64,000 nucleotides of DNA, from positions 20,956,001-21,020,000 of the forward strand of contig CM052837.1 of assembly GCA_028534125.1 (NCBI GenBank), given 5' to 3'. The notes beneath the pieces are model-generated. The model saw only the letters and a list, made by a program, of their open reading frames with translations. It was not told where the DNA came from and did no database searches. A program made the position numbers and the translations under genes. This DNA is from Lama glama (Eukaryota). Positions 11,106-23,783 of this stretch are shown piece by piece (position 1 is the stretch's first letter; every line of letters begins with the position of its first letter).

Positions 11106-13639
11106 AAAAATCTGAGAAACATTTTTGCTGTTTAGAATCCTGGAGTCATAAAACTGCTGGTAGATCCCATAGGTAGACCCAAGGGATGAGGAGTAACTTA
11201 TGAAAAGCCATGTAGCTGAGAATGCAGACTCCTGCCTGGAGATATTTAGTCCTGTTTTCCCATGTGAAATCTTTTAGTGTGTGAAGAACATAAAACATGC
11301 CACAGGGTGGTTGTCAACCTGATCTTCAAGGCTCCAGGGAATCCAGGCGTCAGCTGTTGTCCTGGGCTCACTGTCTTGTTTTGCCTGTGCCCATGCTGGG
11401 CTTCAGAGCAGAAGCCAACACAAGTGTCCACACTTCAGTTTATCCCCCTTTGGAACACTTGAACTTCTCAACTCTCTTCTTCCATCATCCTTCTACGTAT
11501 TTCAGGGTTATGGTTTAGATATTTATTTCTTATAACCTTTCTATTCAGTGTTCAAAGAAATCCTTCACGTAGATTTGTAGTGTCTCAGCTTTTGTTTCTG
11601 GAGACTGTTTAGAGGCTAGTACCTCTTTGCCATCACCTTGCAGGCCTTTCCTCTCTGGTTTACCCTTCCACCCCAGTGTTAGTTTAGTTGGCAGCTGACT
11701 TTTTTTCATTCCTATATTAAAAGAGCACCTGGATTTCATAGTGCTTGACAGAATCAATAAGAAAAAAAAAGGGGACTATTTTTTGTTGTTTTCTCTCTCT
11801 CTGCCAAAGGACAGATGAAGACATTTTGAAAAAGAAGAAAAGATTGCTGAGGTGATATTTAAAAATAGAACTCATGCTGTGAAAAAAGCAGCAGGTAGCC
11901 ATCCTAGAGTATAAGAACTCAAAAAAAAAAAAGTGTCAGGGGGAACTCCTTATTCAGCCCTAGTGTTTTGATAAGGAAAGAGAAAAATGAGGTGAGGGTG
12001 GGAGATGCAGAGCCTCTTGGGCAGTGTGGACCTGTATACTGAAAGGACGAGGGAATCAGAGAGTCCCTGCTGGAGAAAATCCTGCTCCTTGTGTGTCAGG
12101 CAGCTTGGCCTCGTTCTTTTAGTTTGATAGTCAAGAGTTAGGATACAGACAGAATATTTGGATGGTCTTTGGCAGCAAAAGAGTTAAAATAATGAACATG
12201 AACCAAGTGCTATTTTGGTAGTCAGGGATAGTTGAGAGGAAAATAAAATTTAGGAGAATTATAGTTTATTATTCAGTTTAACAGAGTGATGATGAGATTT
12301 AGAGGGCCCAAGTCATCGAAATAAGGCTAAATTACACTTACGAAGGTATAGCCATTTTAGAATTTAGCAGGAAATAAAGGCAGAGCTATTAAAATGCCCT
12401 CATTGCCCCTGGATAGAGACTGGTTTGCTGTTTCCATATTCTTGGTTACAGATGTCTCTCTTCGGTGAGATTTGCTACGAATAGAAGATTTCAATATATT
12501 AGGTTTCATTATAGACTATACTCCAAATCATTTGCCTCTTGCCCCCACCAAGCACTTTATAACAGTATGTGTTTATATCAAATAATTCAGTGTTCTTTAA
12601 GAAACAACAAAACCAGTGGGAGACAGAAGAATTACACTGTCAGTTTCCTTGAAAATGTTGACATGAAGCTTATTACTTGTGTTGTAAAACCCTGTTCCAG
12701 TTAGAAAAAGAAGAGACCACCGTGATCCCAAGGGATGTGTACAAATGCAACTTGGGGTTGTGTAGCTGAAATACAGTGAACCCATCTTGGTTATTAACTG
12801 TATAGTCAAAAAGAAAGAAAGAAAGGAAGCAGAAGGGTATACAGATGCATCCATTTCAGGAACCACCAATTTTTTTTCCTCTGGAATTTTTTCAGTAAGA
12901 TTTTCCTTAATCTAAAAAAATGTGTCTCTGACAAAGAAAACAAATAAAATGGTGATGGTATATCATCTGCAGAGTGAGTCTTTGCAGGTCCAATACGGGG
13001 TTACAAGTTTGTACCAAAGCATATAGGTAGGTATACTAGCCTGGGGAATTGTTTTTAACCTTGAAATTTTATTCCCTTGGTTTTGTTCTTTATTGTTTTT
13101 GTTCCGAATGAACATGTGAGGATCCAAAAACTCTACTGCATTTTTATTCTTATGGTCCTTTACAGAAGATTTTGTTGTCGCTGTTCTTATTATTGTTGTG
13201 GTGTTGCTTTAAGAGCTAGAACCTTTTCTTCTGACCTTCAGTCTCTAGATTCAGCTGCGAAAGCAAAATAATAATGCACATCTTTTAGAAGTCATCTGTG
13301 CTCCTGATGGGGCTGTATCCAGTTTGTGTTCCAAGTTGCACACACAGATCTTCCTTGTTGTTTGTCCAACAAGTATCCCTTTCCCTACTCACTGAATATT
13401 TCCATTCTCACTTGGATGGGATAATAGTAGTTTGCCCCTGTTCTCTACGAACCTGAAAGATGCTTCAAAAACACTAAGTAATCCTTCCAACAGCCCTCCA
13501 GGCTGGTGTTACCTCTTCATAAATGAGAAGGTGCTATGGCTGAGAAGGCAGATTAAACTGAAAAGGGATTACCTGGCAGGAAATGGTACAGGACCTATCT
13601 GAGCCCTTCCATCAGCTTCAGAGCTGTTTATCATTCTAA

Positions 13640-14060
13640 CGTAGTTCAATTGCACATATTTAAAGTATACAATGAATGAGTTTTGTGATATGTGTAGATG
13701 CATCATACCATCTCCACAAGCATGTCATACCCAGATGTTACCTTGTGCCCCTTTGTAATCCATAAATCTTCACCCCAACTTCAGTGTCTCCAGGCAACTA
13801 CTGATTTGCTTTCTGTGCATTATAGGTTAGTTTGCATTTTCTGGAAGTTTATGTAAGTGAAATCATATAGTATGTACTCTTTTTTTTTTTGACCTGCCGA
13901 ATTTAACTCACTATAATTATTTTGAGATTCATCCACATCTATCAGTAGTTTGTTCCTTTTTATTTGCTGAGTAGTGTTCCATTTTATGAATATATCACAG
14001 TTGGTTTATTAACTTGTTGATGGACATTTAGGTTTCTAGTTTTTTACTCTTAAGAACAAA
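13640..14060 (-). mobile_element. L1M 3' UTR remnant
   Basis: ccaggcaactactgatttgctttctgt, gaaatcatatagtatgtactc, gatggacatttaggtt. Confidence 0.72.
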
Positions 14061-14164
14061 CTTTTTTCTTTTTTTTGTGATTTTTGTGCCACTGTTGTCA
14101 TATATTTTACTCCTACATATGTTATAAATCCCATTATATGTTATTGTTCTTTTTGTTTAAGTGG

Positions 14165-14300
14165 TCAGTCATAATCCATGGTTGTTGAATCCATGGATAC
14201 AAAGGAACTGTGTCTGGAGGGCCAACTATGAAATACTCAGATGCACTCAACTGCACCCAGGGTTGGCACCCCAACCCCCATGTTGTTCAAAGGTCAAATA
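14165..14300. mobile_element. Tigger2/MER8-type TcMar-Tigger fragment
   Basis: ttgaatccatggatacaaaggaac...gagggccaact and terminal aacccccatgttgttcaaaggtcaa resembling the Tigger TIR. Confidence 0.55.
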
Positions 14301-14960
14301 TACTTTAACCTGTTTGAAATTGTCCAGCCACAGCTCACTGGTGATCAGTTTTTTTTTTCTTTCTGTGTTTTATTTTAGATTGTTTCTATTGTTACATATT
14401 CAAGTTCATTCTTCTTCTACAGTATGTAATCTCCAGTTAATCTCATCCAGTGTATTTTTCATTAGACATTGTGTTTTTCTTCTCTAGATGTTCACTTTGA
14501 GTCTTTTTAATATCTTCCCTGTTTCTAGGTAACATGCTTAAGCTCTTTGAATGCCTGGATGCTAATTCATTTTTTTTTTAAAGAAATTCAGATGTTGTGG
14601 ATATAACTTGGATTTTTTTTTTTGCATCCTTATAAATATTCTTGAACTTTGTTCTAGATTGTAGTTAAATTACTTGGAAATAGTTTGCTCCTTTTGAAGC
14701 TTATTTTTGAGCTCTATTAGTTGGGTCCAGACTAACATGTAATGTATGGCAAATTTAATTCATTACTAAAGCAGTACCTTTCTAAGTACTCTACCTGCTG
14801 AACTGGGAGTTCACAACATTTTTCCATTGCAACTGGTGGGAACAATGACTACTTCTGGTCCTTGGTGAGCTCTAGGGATTGTTTTCCCCTTCTTCTTTCA
14901 GGTGGTTCCTTTCTACTGTTTTGGTTAGTTTCCTCACATGCATGTTCTAACCAGTGCTCA
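14300..14960 (-). mobile_element. Old L1 5'/ORF1-region remnant
   Basis: ttgtttctattgttacatattcaagttca, taatctcatccagtgtattt, tagttaaattacttggaaatagtttg. Confidence 0.52.
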
Positions 14961-14974
14961 ACTGTTTCATGCTT

Positions 14975-15290
14975 ACTGATGCCTTTGCATGTGCTGTTGT
15001 TTCCTTCTGCTTGAAATACCCTTTCCCTTTTTGCCTATCTGGGAAAGACATCCAGTGAAGCTTGGTCAGGTATCATCTCTTGTGAGGCCTCCCTGACTCA
15101 GACGTAGTCAGCCCTCCTTCCTGCATTTGTGTACACCTCCACTGCAGTACTTGGCTCTTCTCAGTGTACCATTGTCTGCACATCTGTCTCCCCCGTGGAC
15201 TGAGCTCCTCAGAAGCATAAGCTTTGCCTCTCTCTACATCTTCAGCTTAATACCTGGCACCTGTTAGGGACCTCATAAATATTTGAAGAA
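14975..15290 (+). mobile_element. L2 3' fragment
   Basis: gcctttgcatgtgctgtt...tgagctcctcagaagca...cctggcacctgttagggacctcataaatatttgaagaa. Confidence 0.68.
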
Positions 15291-16239
15291 AGAACAAAAA
15301 AAAAACTATACTCAGAATGCATGTTAATTACAAGGTGTTTCCGTATAATAAAAAAGAACAAGCTAATTAAAACAACAGAAACTTCCCTCTCCCCACCTCT
15401 CCTCCTCAGAAGGTTCACCTTCGCAGAGGAGGGAGCAGTAGATGACTCTCAGTCATTTCCCACAACCACCCATTGTCTAGAGGCTAGCATTCACATTGGT
15501 CCTGGCATGATCGACAGCCTGATGAACCCAGCCAAGACTAAGATAAACTACTTGTCTTCAAGTAGAATAAATATTTCAAATAAAGTCAACCCTAGAAAGT
15601 CAGGCCAAACAGCTATTGATTGCTAAAAGCCTGAACTTGAGCCCAATGAATATTCCAAAGTTCACCTCCATGCAGCTTGCCTAAATGGTGATCAATATGC
15701 AATTACTGCCCCCTTTAAACGTGTCTTACACTGCCTACCTGAAGAAGGGTTTTGCTTTTAAAATCTTTTGTTTGTTGAATTTGCTTAGGCAGGGAAAAAA
15801 GAGAGACTTGGCTAAACTAGAGTCCTTTACCTTTAGTACTTCGAACAATTCTGTGTTATATGTGAAATGGTTTGAGTGTATGCCGAATGGTAACTGAAGG
15901 TGCCCTGTTACATGACCGTCATTCATTTCAAGAGGACTTTTTCTGAGTGACTAAACAATAAGGATATTGTATCTCAGTTTCCTAATTTCTTTTCACATGA
16001 TTATCTGCCCTAGTCATAACCTTTGTAAATTTAAGCTTATAGAGTAGGATGCTAAAGTCTAGCTGCAATGAAAATAGATATATTATTTGCCTAGCTTCCT
16101 TTTAGAATTTCTTCTTGGTGCCAAAAACCCCCTTCCTATTGAATTTAGAAATGAGTTTATTCTGCTCCTGATATTTAAGATTTCATGTCTCACAAATATG
16201 CCTTGTTCATACCACTACCACTCCTTGTCATTTTCACTT

Positions 16240-16830
16240 GCACTCTTGTCGTATTCTCTTAACTGTGCTCCCCGACCCCAATCTCTGTTGCTCCAGTCTC
16301 TTTGTCACACTTCTGCCAGATTAAGCTTTCTGAAATCTATCCATGTAGTGCTCTCCTTTTCTTAAACAGTTCATGGTTTCTCAACACCTATGGCATAGAC
16401 TCCCGGGTTCCCTGGCAGCACATCTAGGGCCTGTTGTGACCTGTTCCTGCCCACCTTCCCTCAGTCATCTTCCACCCCGGTCATTCATACCTACTTCCAG
16501 TTCCCCCAAGTGACATGTTCTTACAGACCTCCTGCACCTTTGCACATGCAGCTTACCCACCACCACCACCCATGTCAACACTCTCCCTTCTCTACCTGGC
16601 AAATGCTCATTCTTCAGACTTAGTTCAGATGTCAACCTTCCATTTGATACCTTCGCAGATTTCTCCTGGATAAAGTCAGTTATCTCTACCTCTCGCCTCC
16701 TTGGATTTAATTTCCATTGCTTCGGGCTTTTGAAATTATTTTTGTTTACCTGTTCTTAAATTGGTTAAAGACAGAGAGCTTATAATTCCTAACAGCTAGT
16801 GCCGTACCTGCTGCATGGAGCCTGCATGCT
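16240..16830 (+). mobile_element. L2 fragment
   Basis: ctgccagattaagctttctgaaat, cctttgcacatgc, ctcattcttcagacttagttcagatgtca. Confidence 0.58.
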
Positions 16831-16983
16831 TAGTGGTAACCTTTTTTTTTTTCTTTTAAACTCAGTAGTTGGGTTGAATGTCATTTGTGAGTATCTGTGG
16901 ATTATTCTGATTAGTCTCACAGCAAAGGAATAAAGGCAGAAATATTCACAATACATCCCTGATCCTTTGAAGTTGGCACCAGG

Positions 16984-17090
16984 TAGGATGACCCAACTAT
17001 CTTGGTTTGCCCAGGACTGAGGGGTTCCCCAGGATGTTGTACTTTCAGTGCTGAAAATGGAACGGTCTCAGGTAAACCGGGAAGATCTAG
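16984..17090. mobile_element. MER81-like hAT-Blackjack MITE
   Basis: taggatgacccaactatcttggtttgcccaggactgaggggttcccaggatg...actttcagtgctgaaaatggaacggtctcaggtaaaccggga. Confidence 0.7.
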
Positions 17091-17829
17091 CACCAAAAGG
17101 TGCCTTCAGCAAGCTTTTTGTCTACTTGCCTTTCCTGCACTCATTAGGACCCAGTCCTGGCTGGCTCTTCTGACCCAGGATAGCATGCTTTGCATCATTA
17201 ACACTTTAATAGTACAATGTTTTAATAGTGTTTCCTATACAAAAGAGGGATATCATTTCTGATTCCTCTTCTTTGGCTTTCAGGTAACAATTGAACAAAG
17301 GGCTTTGGGTTATGTTATTACCACCTTTTTGATTAGGCTTGTTTCTCCTTGCCTGATCAACCACCTTGCTCCCTCTATTAATTCTCCCCTCTATTATCTT
17401 TAGTTTCCTGATCACCATTGGCTTCTTGACGCCTTAAAATATGTTTAAATTATCCATATTCTTAAAAATAATAATTAAAAGAAAATCTTACCCTGACTTT
17501 CCTCTTAAGCTGATGAACTCTCTTCTCTAGGCTTTACTTTAGCCCACACTCCCCCCTCTTACTTTCTCACCTTTCAAGTATTACAGTGTATCTGTCTTTT
17601 CCCATACTCCCCCAAATACATGTAATGTCTCTCTCTCATGCTAAAATAACTAACACATAATAGTCTCAGAACAAACGTGTTGGACTGTGTCTTCATAACT
17701 CCTAGAATCAGTTTTTTACTTGGAGGCCTTATTGTATCTCACAAGACTAGGTGGCATGACCTTTGATATAGGCCATGCTTCCCTCTCTGATCTAAGCTGG
17801 GAACACTGATCCTTGGTAGGCTTTAAACA

Positions 17830-18380
17830 TGTTAGCCTTCTGTTCTTTGACCATGCCCGCTCATTTCCTTTGTACTTGCTGTTCCTTCTGCCCCTAAAAT
17901 GTGCGTGCTCATTTCCTTTGTACTTGCTGTTCCTTCTGCCCCTAAAATGTGCGTGACCAACTCATTTCATCTCTCAGCTCTCGATACAAATGTTACTACT
18001 AAAGAGGCCTTCCTTAATAACCTAACCTAAAATATCGTCTTCAGTCATTATTTCACGTTGCTTTGTTTCCATGACATTTACCACTGTCAGGTATCTTGAT
18101 TTCCCATTTGTCTCCTGCAGTTAGAATAGAAGCCCCATGAGAACTGGGACTTGATCTGTCCTGTTCACATAAGAGGTATCCAGTAAAGATTTGTGGATTG
18201 AGTAATACATGGGGGAAAATTATATGCTGACTTTTACTTTTCCTTGCTTATTCCATATTGGTCTCCTTAAATAGATTTAACTGTTTTTGAAAGCAGAAAC
18301 CATGTCTTTAATTTTTGTTTTTCTCTTTTGTCTGCCACAATACTAAGTGCTCAGTAAATATTGAAAATTGGCTTGGTTGG
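17830..18380 (+). mobile_element. L2 3' fragments
   Basis: agaggccttccttaataacc, tagaatagaagccccatgagaactgggac, gtgctcagtaaatattg. Confidence 0.6.
17859..17955 (+). repeat. Perfect 48-bp tandem duplication (2 copies) inside an L2 fragment
   Basis: gctcatttcctttgtacttgctgttccttctgcccctaaaatgtgcgt at 17859-17906 and 17907-17954. Confidence 0.97.
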
Positions 18381-18647
18381 TTGATTTACCAGTTATACTA
18401 AGATATGAAATGACTGACTTGTTCCTCTCTACCTCATGAAGTGTCAAAGAAAACAATGTAAGGTTATAGAAAATTATACTCCTTAGAGAAGAGTAGTAGC
18501 CCGTGCAGGATTATTCTATGACCTTTAGACTTGAGGGGGAAATCACCTTTATTTTTTTAATAGTTTATCTTTTCTAATTCTAAAAAGTACCCTATATTCA
18601 TTATGGAAAAATGAAAGACACTGAAAAGTAGCAAAAGGAGTAGTAAG

Positions 18648-20805
18648 ATACAAAAAAAGCATTTGACAAAATCCAACACCTTTTCATGATAAAAAGACTT
18701 AAACTAGGAATAGAAGGGAACTTTTTCAACCTTTGAGATAGTCTCTGTAAAAAATCCACAGTTAACATTACATTTCATTGTGAAAGACTGGGTCCTTTCC
18801 CCTAAGATCAGCAATAAGACAAGGATACTCACCTTCATCACTTCTATTCAGCATTGTACTAGAGGTGTGCCGGAGCAATTAGGCAATGAAATGAAGTAAA
18901 AGGCATCCAGATTGGGAGGGAAGAAGTAAAACTATCTCTGTTTGCAAATGACATGATGTTGTATTTATAAAATCCTAAGGAATCCACCAAAATCTATTAG
19001 AAGTAACAAATGAGTTCAACAAGGTTGCAGGATATAAGATTCATACACAAAATCAATTGTACGTCTATACACTTGGAATGAANNNNNNNNNNNNNNNNNN
19101 NNNNNNNNNNNNNNNNNNNNNNNNNNNNNNNNNNNNNNNNNNNNNNNNNNNNNNNNNNNNNNNNNNNNNNNNNNNNNNNNNNNNNNNNNNNNNNNNNNNN
19201 NNNNNNNNNNNNNAAAGAAGATCTAATAAAATAGAAAAATATTCCACATTCATGGGACAGAAAATTTAATATTGTTAAAAACGGCAGTACTCCCCAAAGT
19301 AATCTACAGATTCAGCACAATGTCTATGAGAATTCTAGCTGACTTCATTGTAGAAATTGACAAGCTGGTCCAAAAATTCATGTGGAGTTGCAAGGGACTT
19401 AGAATAGCTAAATAGTCTTAAAAAGAACAATGTAGGGTTCCCACTTTTAAAACTTACTACAAGGCAGTGGTAATCTAGACAGTGTGGCCCTGGCATACTT
19501 TAATGAAATACAATTGAGAATCCAGAACCATGTGTCTATGATCAGTTGATTTTCAACAAGATTACCAAGACCGTTAAATGGGGAAAGAATAGTTTCTTCA
19601 TCAAATGGTACTGGGACAGTTGGATATCCACATGCAAATGAATGTAGCTGGACCCTTACCTCATACCACATACAAAAAATAACTCAAAATGAATCAAAGA
19701 TCTAAATGTTAGAACTAAGACTATGAAACTCTTAGAAGAAAACTGGTGTAAATCTTCATGATACTGGGTTTGGCAATGGTTTCTTAGTTGTGACACCAAA
19801 AAAGCAAACAACAGAAGAAAAAATAGGTAAGTTTTATGCTTCGAAGGGCATTATCAAGAAAGTGGGAAGTTATCACCTAGAATGGAAGAAAATATTTGCA
19901 AATCATTTATTTGTTAAAGGACTTGTATCCAGAATAAAGAAGTCTTACAACTCAGTAATAAAGATAGTTAAACTAATTTAAAAATGGGCAAAGGATCTGA
20001 ATAGACATCTCTTCAGATAGCATACACAAATAGCCATCATGATTTATCAGGGAAATGCAGATCAAAAGCAGAATGAAATCCCATTTCATACCCAACAGGA
20101 CAGCTGGAACCAAAAAGTCAGATGATGAGTGTGTTGGTAACGATGTGGAGAAATCAGAACGCTTACATGCTGCTGGTGGGAATTTAAAATGGTGCAGCCT
20201 CTTTGAAAAAGCCTGACGGTTCCTCAAAAGGTTTAAACATAGAGTTACCCGGTACCCCAGCAATTTCACTCCTAGGTATACATATACTGAAGAGAAATGA
20301 AAACATTTTTCTACACAAAAATGTGTATGTGAATGTTTGTAGTAGCATTATTCATAATTACTGTTCATACTAGCCAAAAGGTAAAACACCCCAAATGTCC
20401 ATCAGTGGATTAATGGATAGACAAATTGTGACATCTCCATACAATTGTTATTTAAGGATAGAAAAAGTGAACTTCTGCTACGTGCTCCAACATGAACCTT
20501 GAAAGTATTATGCCAGGTGAAAGAAGCCAGTCACGAAAGGCTGTATATTGTATGGTGCTGTTTACTTGAAATGCCTCACGTAGGCAAATCCATAGAGACA
20601 GAAAGTAAATCAATGGTTGTTTAGGGCTAGGATGGGGTAATAGCTTAAGGGAAGGTGAGTTCTTGCTAGGGTGATGAAAATGTTCTATAATTGACTGTGG
20701 TGATGGTTTCACATTATCTGTGAATATTCTAAAATCCTTTGAACTGTACATTGTAAATGGGTGAATTGTTTGCTGTGTGAATTCTATCTTGGTAGAGCTG
20801 TTAAA
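18648..20805 (+). mobile_element. 5'-truncated L1MB (L1MB7/8-like): ORF2 3' half and 3' UTR, inserted into an older antisense L1
   Basis: aaaagcatttgacaaaatccaaca, cttctattcagcattgtactagagg, ggcaaatccatagagacagaaagta, gggtgatgaaaatgttcta; degenerate TSD aaaaggagtagtaag / aaaaggaataatagg; many stops. Confidence 0.92.
19083..19213. other. N-run (131 nt) inside L1 ORF2 remnant
   Basis: Direct; both flanks are collinear L1 ORF2 sequence. Confidence 0.99.
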
Positions 20806-20819
20806 GAGAAAGGAAAAGG

Positions 20820-21130
20820 AATAATAGGTGATCCATAATCCCTCTACCCTGAAATAACCTGTTAGTATTTTGATCTTTTTCTTCCCGGTCTCTCTTAATG
20901 CATATTTTTCACATAATTGAGGTAATGCCTCATGTAGAATTTTTAATATTATCTTTTGTGCTTAGCATTCTGACCATAAGAATTTGTTCATTCTATTACA
21001 GACTCTCCTTATTGTTAACGAATGTATAATATTTCATGTAGATATACTATAATGTAGTAATTTTCTCACTGGTGGACATTTAATTGTTTTGTTTTTCTTT
21101 TTCCATTATTATGAGAACTTCAGTAAATAC
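20820..21130 (-). mobile_element. Old L1M 3' remnant (continues 18550-18645 on the other side of the L1MB)
   Basis: ccataatccctctaccctgaaataac, ctggtggacatttaattgtttt. Confidence 0.55.
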
Positions 21131-21202
21131 ACCTTAAAACCAAATGAAAAAGGCTAGAATATACCCATGAAATGCCTCACATGAAACCTCTGTTGTTCCC
21201 AG

Positions 21203-21384
21203 AGAGAAGAAGATCTCCCGGAGCAGTGCCCTGAAAGTGCTGGACCATGCCATGATTGGACCCGAGGGCACAGACAATTGCCACAAGTTTGTTGACATTC
21301 TTGGCTTACGAACCATCTTTCCCCTTTTTATGAAGTCTCCCAGGAAGATCAAGAAAGTGGGAACCACTGAGAAGGAGCATGAAG
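21203..21384 (+). CDS. CTNNBL1: CTNNBL1 internal coding exon (exon 11 equivalent), 182 nt, phase 2 to 1
   Basis: ttcccag|AGAGAAGAAGATC...CATGAAG|gtaggg; (R)EKKISRSSALKVLDHAMIGPEGTDNCHKFVDILGLRTIFPLFMKSPRKIKKVGTTEKEHE(E). Confidence 0.98.
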
Positions 21385-23783
21385 GTAGGGTTCACTGAAG
21401 AAAATCAGCCCAATTTAAGTGCATTAGGAAAAATGAGGAAATGAGAAGCTACTATGAAAGTTCTGTTGTGCAGCTGAGGAGACGACTCTTAGATGGAAGA
21501 GTGCTACCTTTTTCTTTTTCATCTTCTTTTCTCTGTATGGAAAAGCAACCCAGAGACCTGAGGTCACTGATGGCCTTTGTTGCACTGGTTCTCTGTTTGT
21601 TTGACTCCTAGTGGTTCCATTTCCTTCTGGCCTGTGAATAAGTCTATGCGTGAAGGTTTTGTTTTCTTCACTATAATTTGTAGCCAGGTGTCTCTCTGAT
21701 GGAAGACCCTTTTGAAAAGAGTAATGAGGTGGCAACACATGTCACCTCCGGAGGAGTGCTTTCGTGTATTTCTGTATTAAAGTATGATTCAGCCAACATC
21801 AGGAATTGCCGAAATAAACTATTTACAGCCCAGCTTCCCCCTTTTATGTTTCTCCTCCCTGATGGTACACACTCCCAGCAAAATGCCGTGAATTGCGGTG
21901 CTGTAACCAGAGTAGTTACTGCTAGGCCAGTCTCCTCCTATTGTCCGGTGGCCTGCCGCATCCCTCCCCCCAGTAAATTGCCGCAGTGCAGTCTGGAAGG
22001 CCCGGGATTTATGAGCATTGACAGTTCTGCTGGAGCCTAACAGACACTTGCACCAGGGAATTTACATGGTTGGATGGTTATTTGATAGTGTGGTGGGGGG
22101 ATGGCAAAGAGGGGAGTGAGGAGGAGGCGTGTTTGAAAGAGGAGGGAAAACCTGAACTGCTAGCTGGCTAATTTGGTTGTCTTGTCAGAAGTGGACATTT
22201 GTCCCGTGGTTTGGGTAATTTTTCTCATCGGTGATTGGTAGGACGGCATCAGTCTCTGCAGGATCTTTTGCATTCCTTACCGTCCTAGATAAAAGTTTGA
22301 GAGTTTCTGTCTGTCTCTCCTCAAATTGACTTGGCTTAGTCTCTTCCTCCTTGAAGTGGCTAAAAGGAAGGTGATGTGACATGCTTTCCGTGATCACCTC
22401 CAGTGATACCCTCTCTGACCAAATCAGCTCTCCAGACGCAGCAGGCCTGGCATGCGCTGTAGATTGGAGCTGTGAGGACACGGAGAGAGTTCAATTCACC
22501 TCAAATCAGATACTAACCAAACACCCACTATGAACATGTTAACCCTATTGCTGGTCTTTTTTCTTTCCTCAATGGAAATTCAGCAAAGTGAGACTAGGGG
22601 AGAGGGAATGGGTGGTCTTGGAGATCTAAGAGGTAAGATTTTGGAGAGAGTCGCTATTCATAGAAAACCTGCTACATTCCTTGTGCTGCTGCATTGTGTG
22701 CTGTCTTATTTAGGACTCCCGACCCGTAAAGTAGATGGTGGTAGCCTTGTTTTTTTAGATAAGGAAATCAGCTGAGAAAGGAAGCAAGCTATAGTTCTCC
22801 AGCTAACTAGCTGTGTGACTTTAGACCCTTTGCTTAACTTCTCTGAACTGCATTTTCCTTCCTGGTCTATACAATGTAGAAACTAGACAAGTGAACTAGA
22901 AGCTCTGATACCTGAACTTTAAGATCCCAAGGCACAGGCCCTAGTTGTCAAGGCTTTTTCCTGTAATCCAGGAGACTCCTCAAGGACTGTGTGTGGCTGA
23001 CCTGCTAGATTCGGTTGAGAGACTTAATGCTGCATCTTCAGTATGCTTGAAGAAAGTGAAGGAAAACAGCCCTTACCAGGCTCTTGCTCTGTGTGCATGT
23101 TGCTGAGAAGTGACAGATTCAGTGAGCAGCTGTTTTCCTTCTGAAAAATGTGCCCGGTGGCGTGCTGGTAACAATACATTTGCTTTAGAGTACCTGCATT
23201 AGGAATTTCATAACATTATATTAGTGAGGGCAATGGCTTGGTAAGACAGCTCCTGGAAGGCATGTTTGGACTGTAATGGCTGGTGAGGATGAGCTCTGCG
23301 TCCTGAATACACCGGCACTCAGAGAGAAATGAACCCCAAGGAGATAACACAGCCCTGGCCACCTCCCACTGCTGCTAGCTGCTCCTGCTCCTGACCATGA
23401 ATGGTAGAGTGAGAATGGAAGCAGGGCAGAGCAGGGGTGCATTGTGCGAGGTTTCTTTGTCCTATCTTCTGGATTACTCTTCATGTGCTGACCCTTCTGA
23501 TGCAAGTGGACCAAGTTTGTGTGGTAAGCTAGAGCACAGGAGCATTTGCAAACATGCCTCATTCATTCCGCCCCCGGGTTTCCACCATGCTCTTGCCTCC
23601 GTCTGCAACAATTTTCTCTGACCTGCCTGCCTAGCTAGCTTTTAATCATCTTCCAAGTCCTTAATTTTGATGTCACTTTCTCAGGGAAGCATAATGTGAT
23701 TCCTAGGCTGGAATAGAGCCTCTTGTTAAATGGACTCTTGGCCCCAGGACTTTTGACTTCATAGCCCTTAAGATTATGGAACC

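Noticed and set aside
17859-17955. CRISPR-like or prokaryotic repeat array
   Set aside because: Two abutting copies with no spacers in mammalian intron DNA; no prokaryotic features anywhere in the window.
18648-20805. Active L1 or intact reverse transcriptase
   Set aside because: 5'-truncated and full of stops and frameshifts; only ORF fragments under 100 aa remain.
8230-20805. Inverted old L1 pair in intron 10 (and inverted MIR pairs at 27660-28125 and 51330-51885) as dsRNA formers
   Set aside because: The copies are ancient and too diverged; I saw no long perfect complementarity, unlike the young L1 pair.
21134-21367. Antisense ORF over exon 11, and other short ORFs in the track including those spanning N-runs
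   Set aside because: Shadow or chance frames; X-filled ORFs are artefacts of Ns lacking stop codons.
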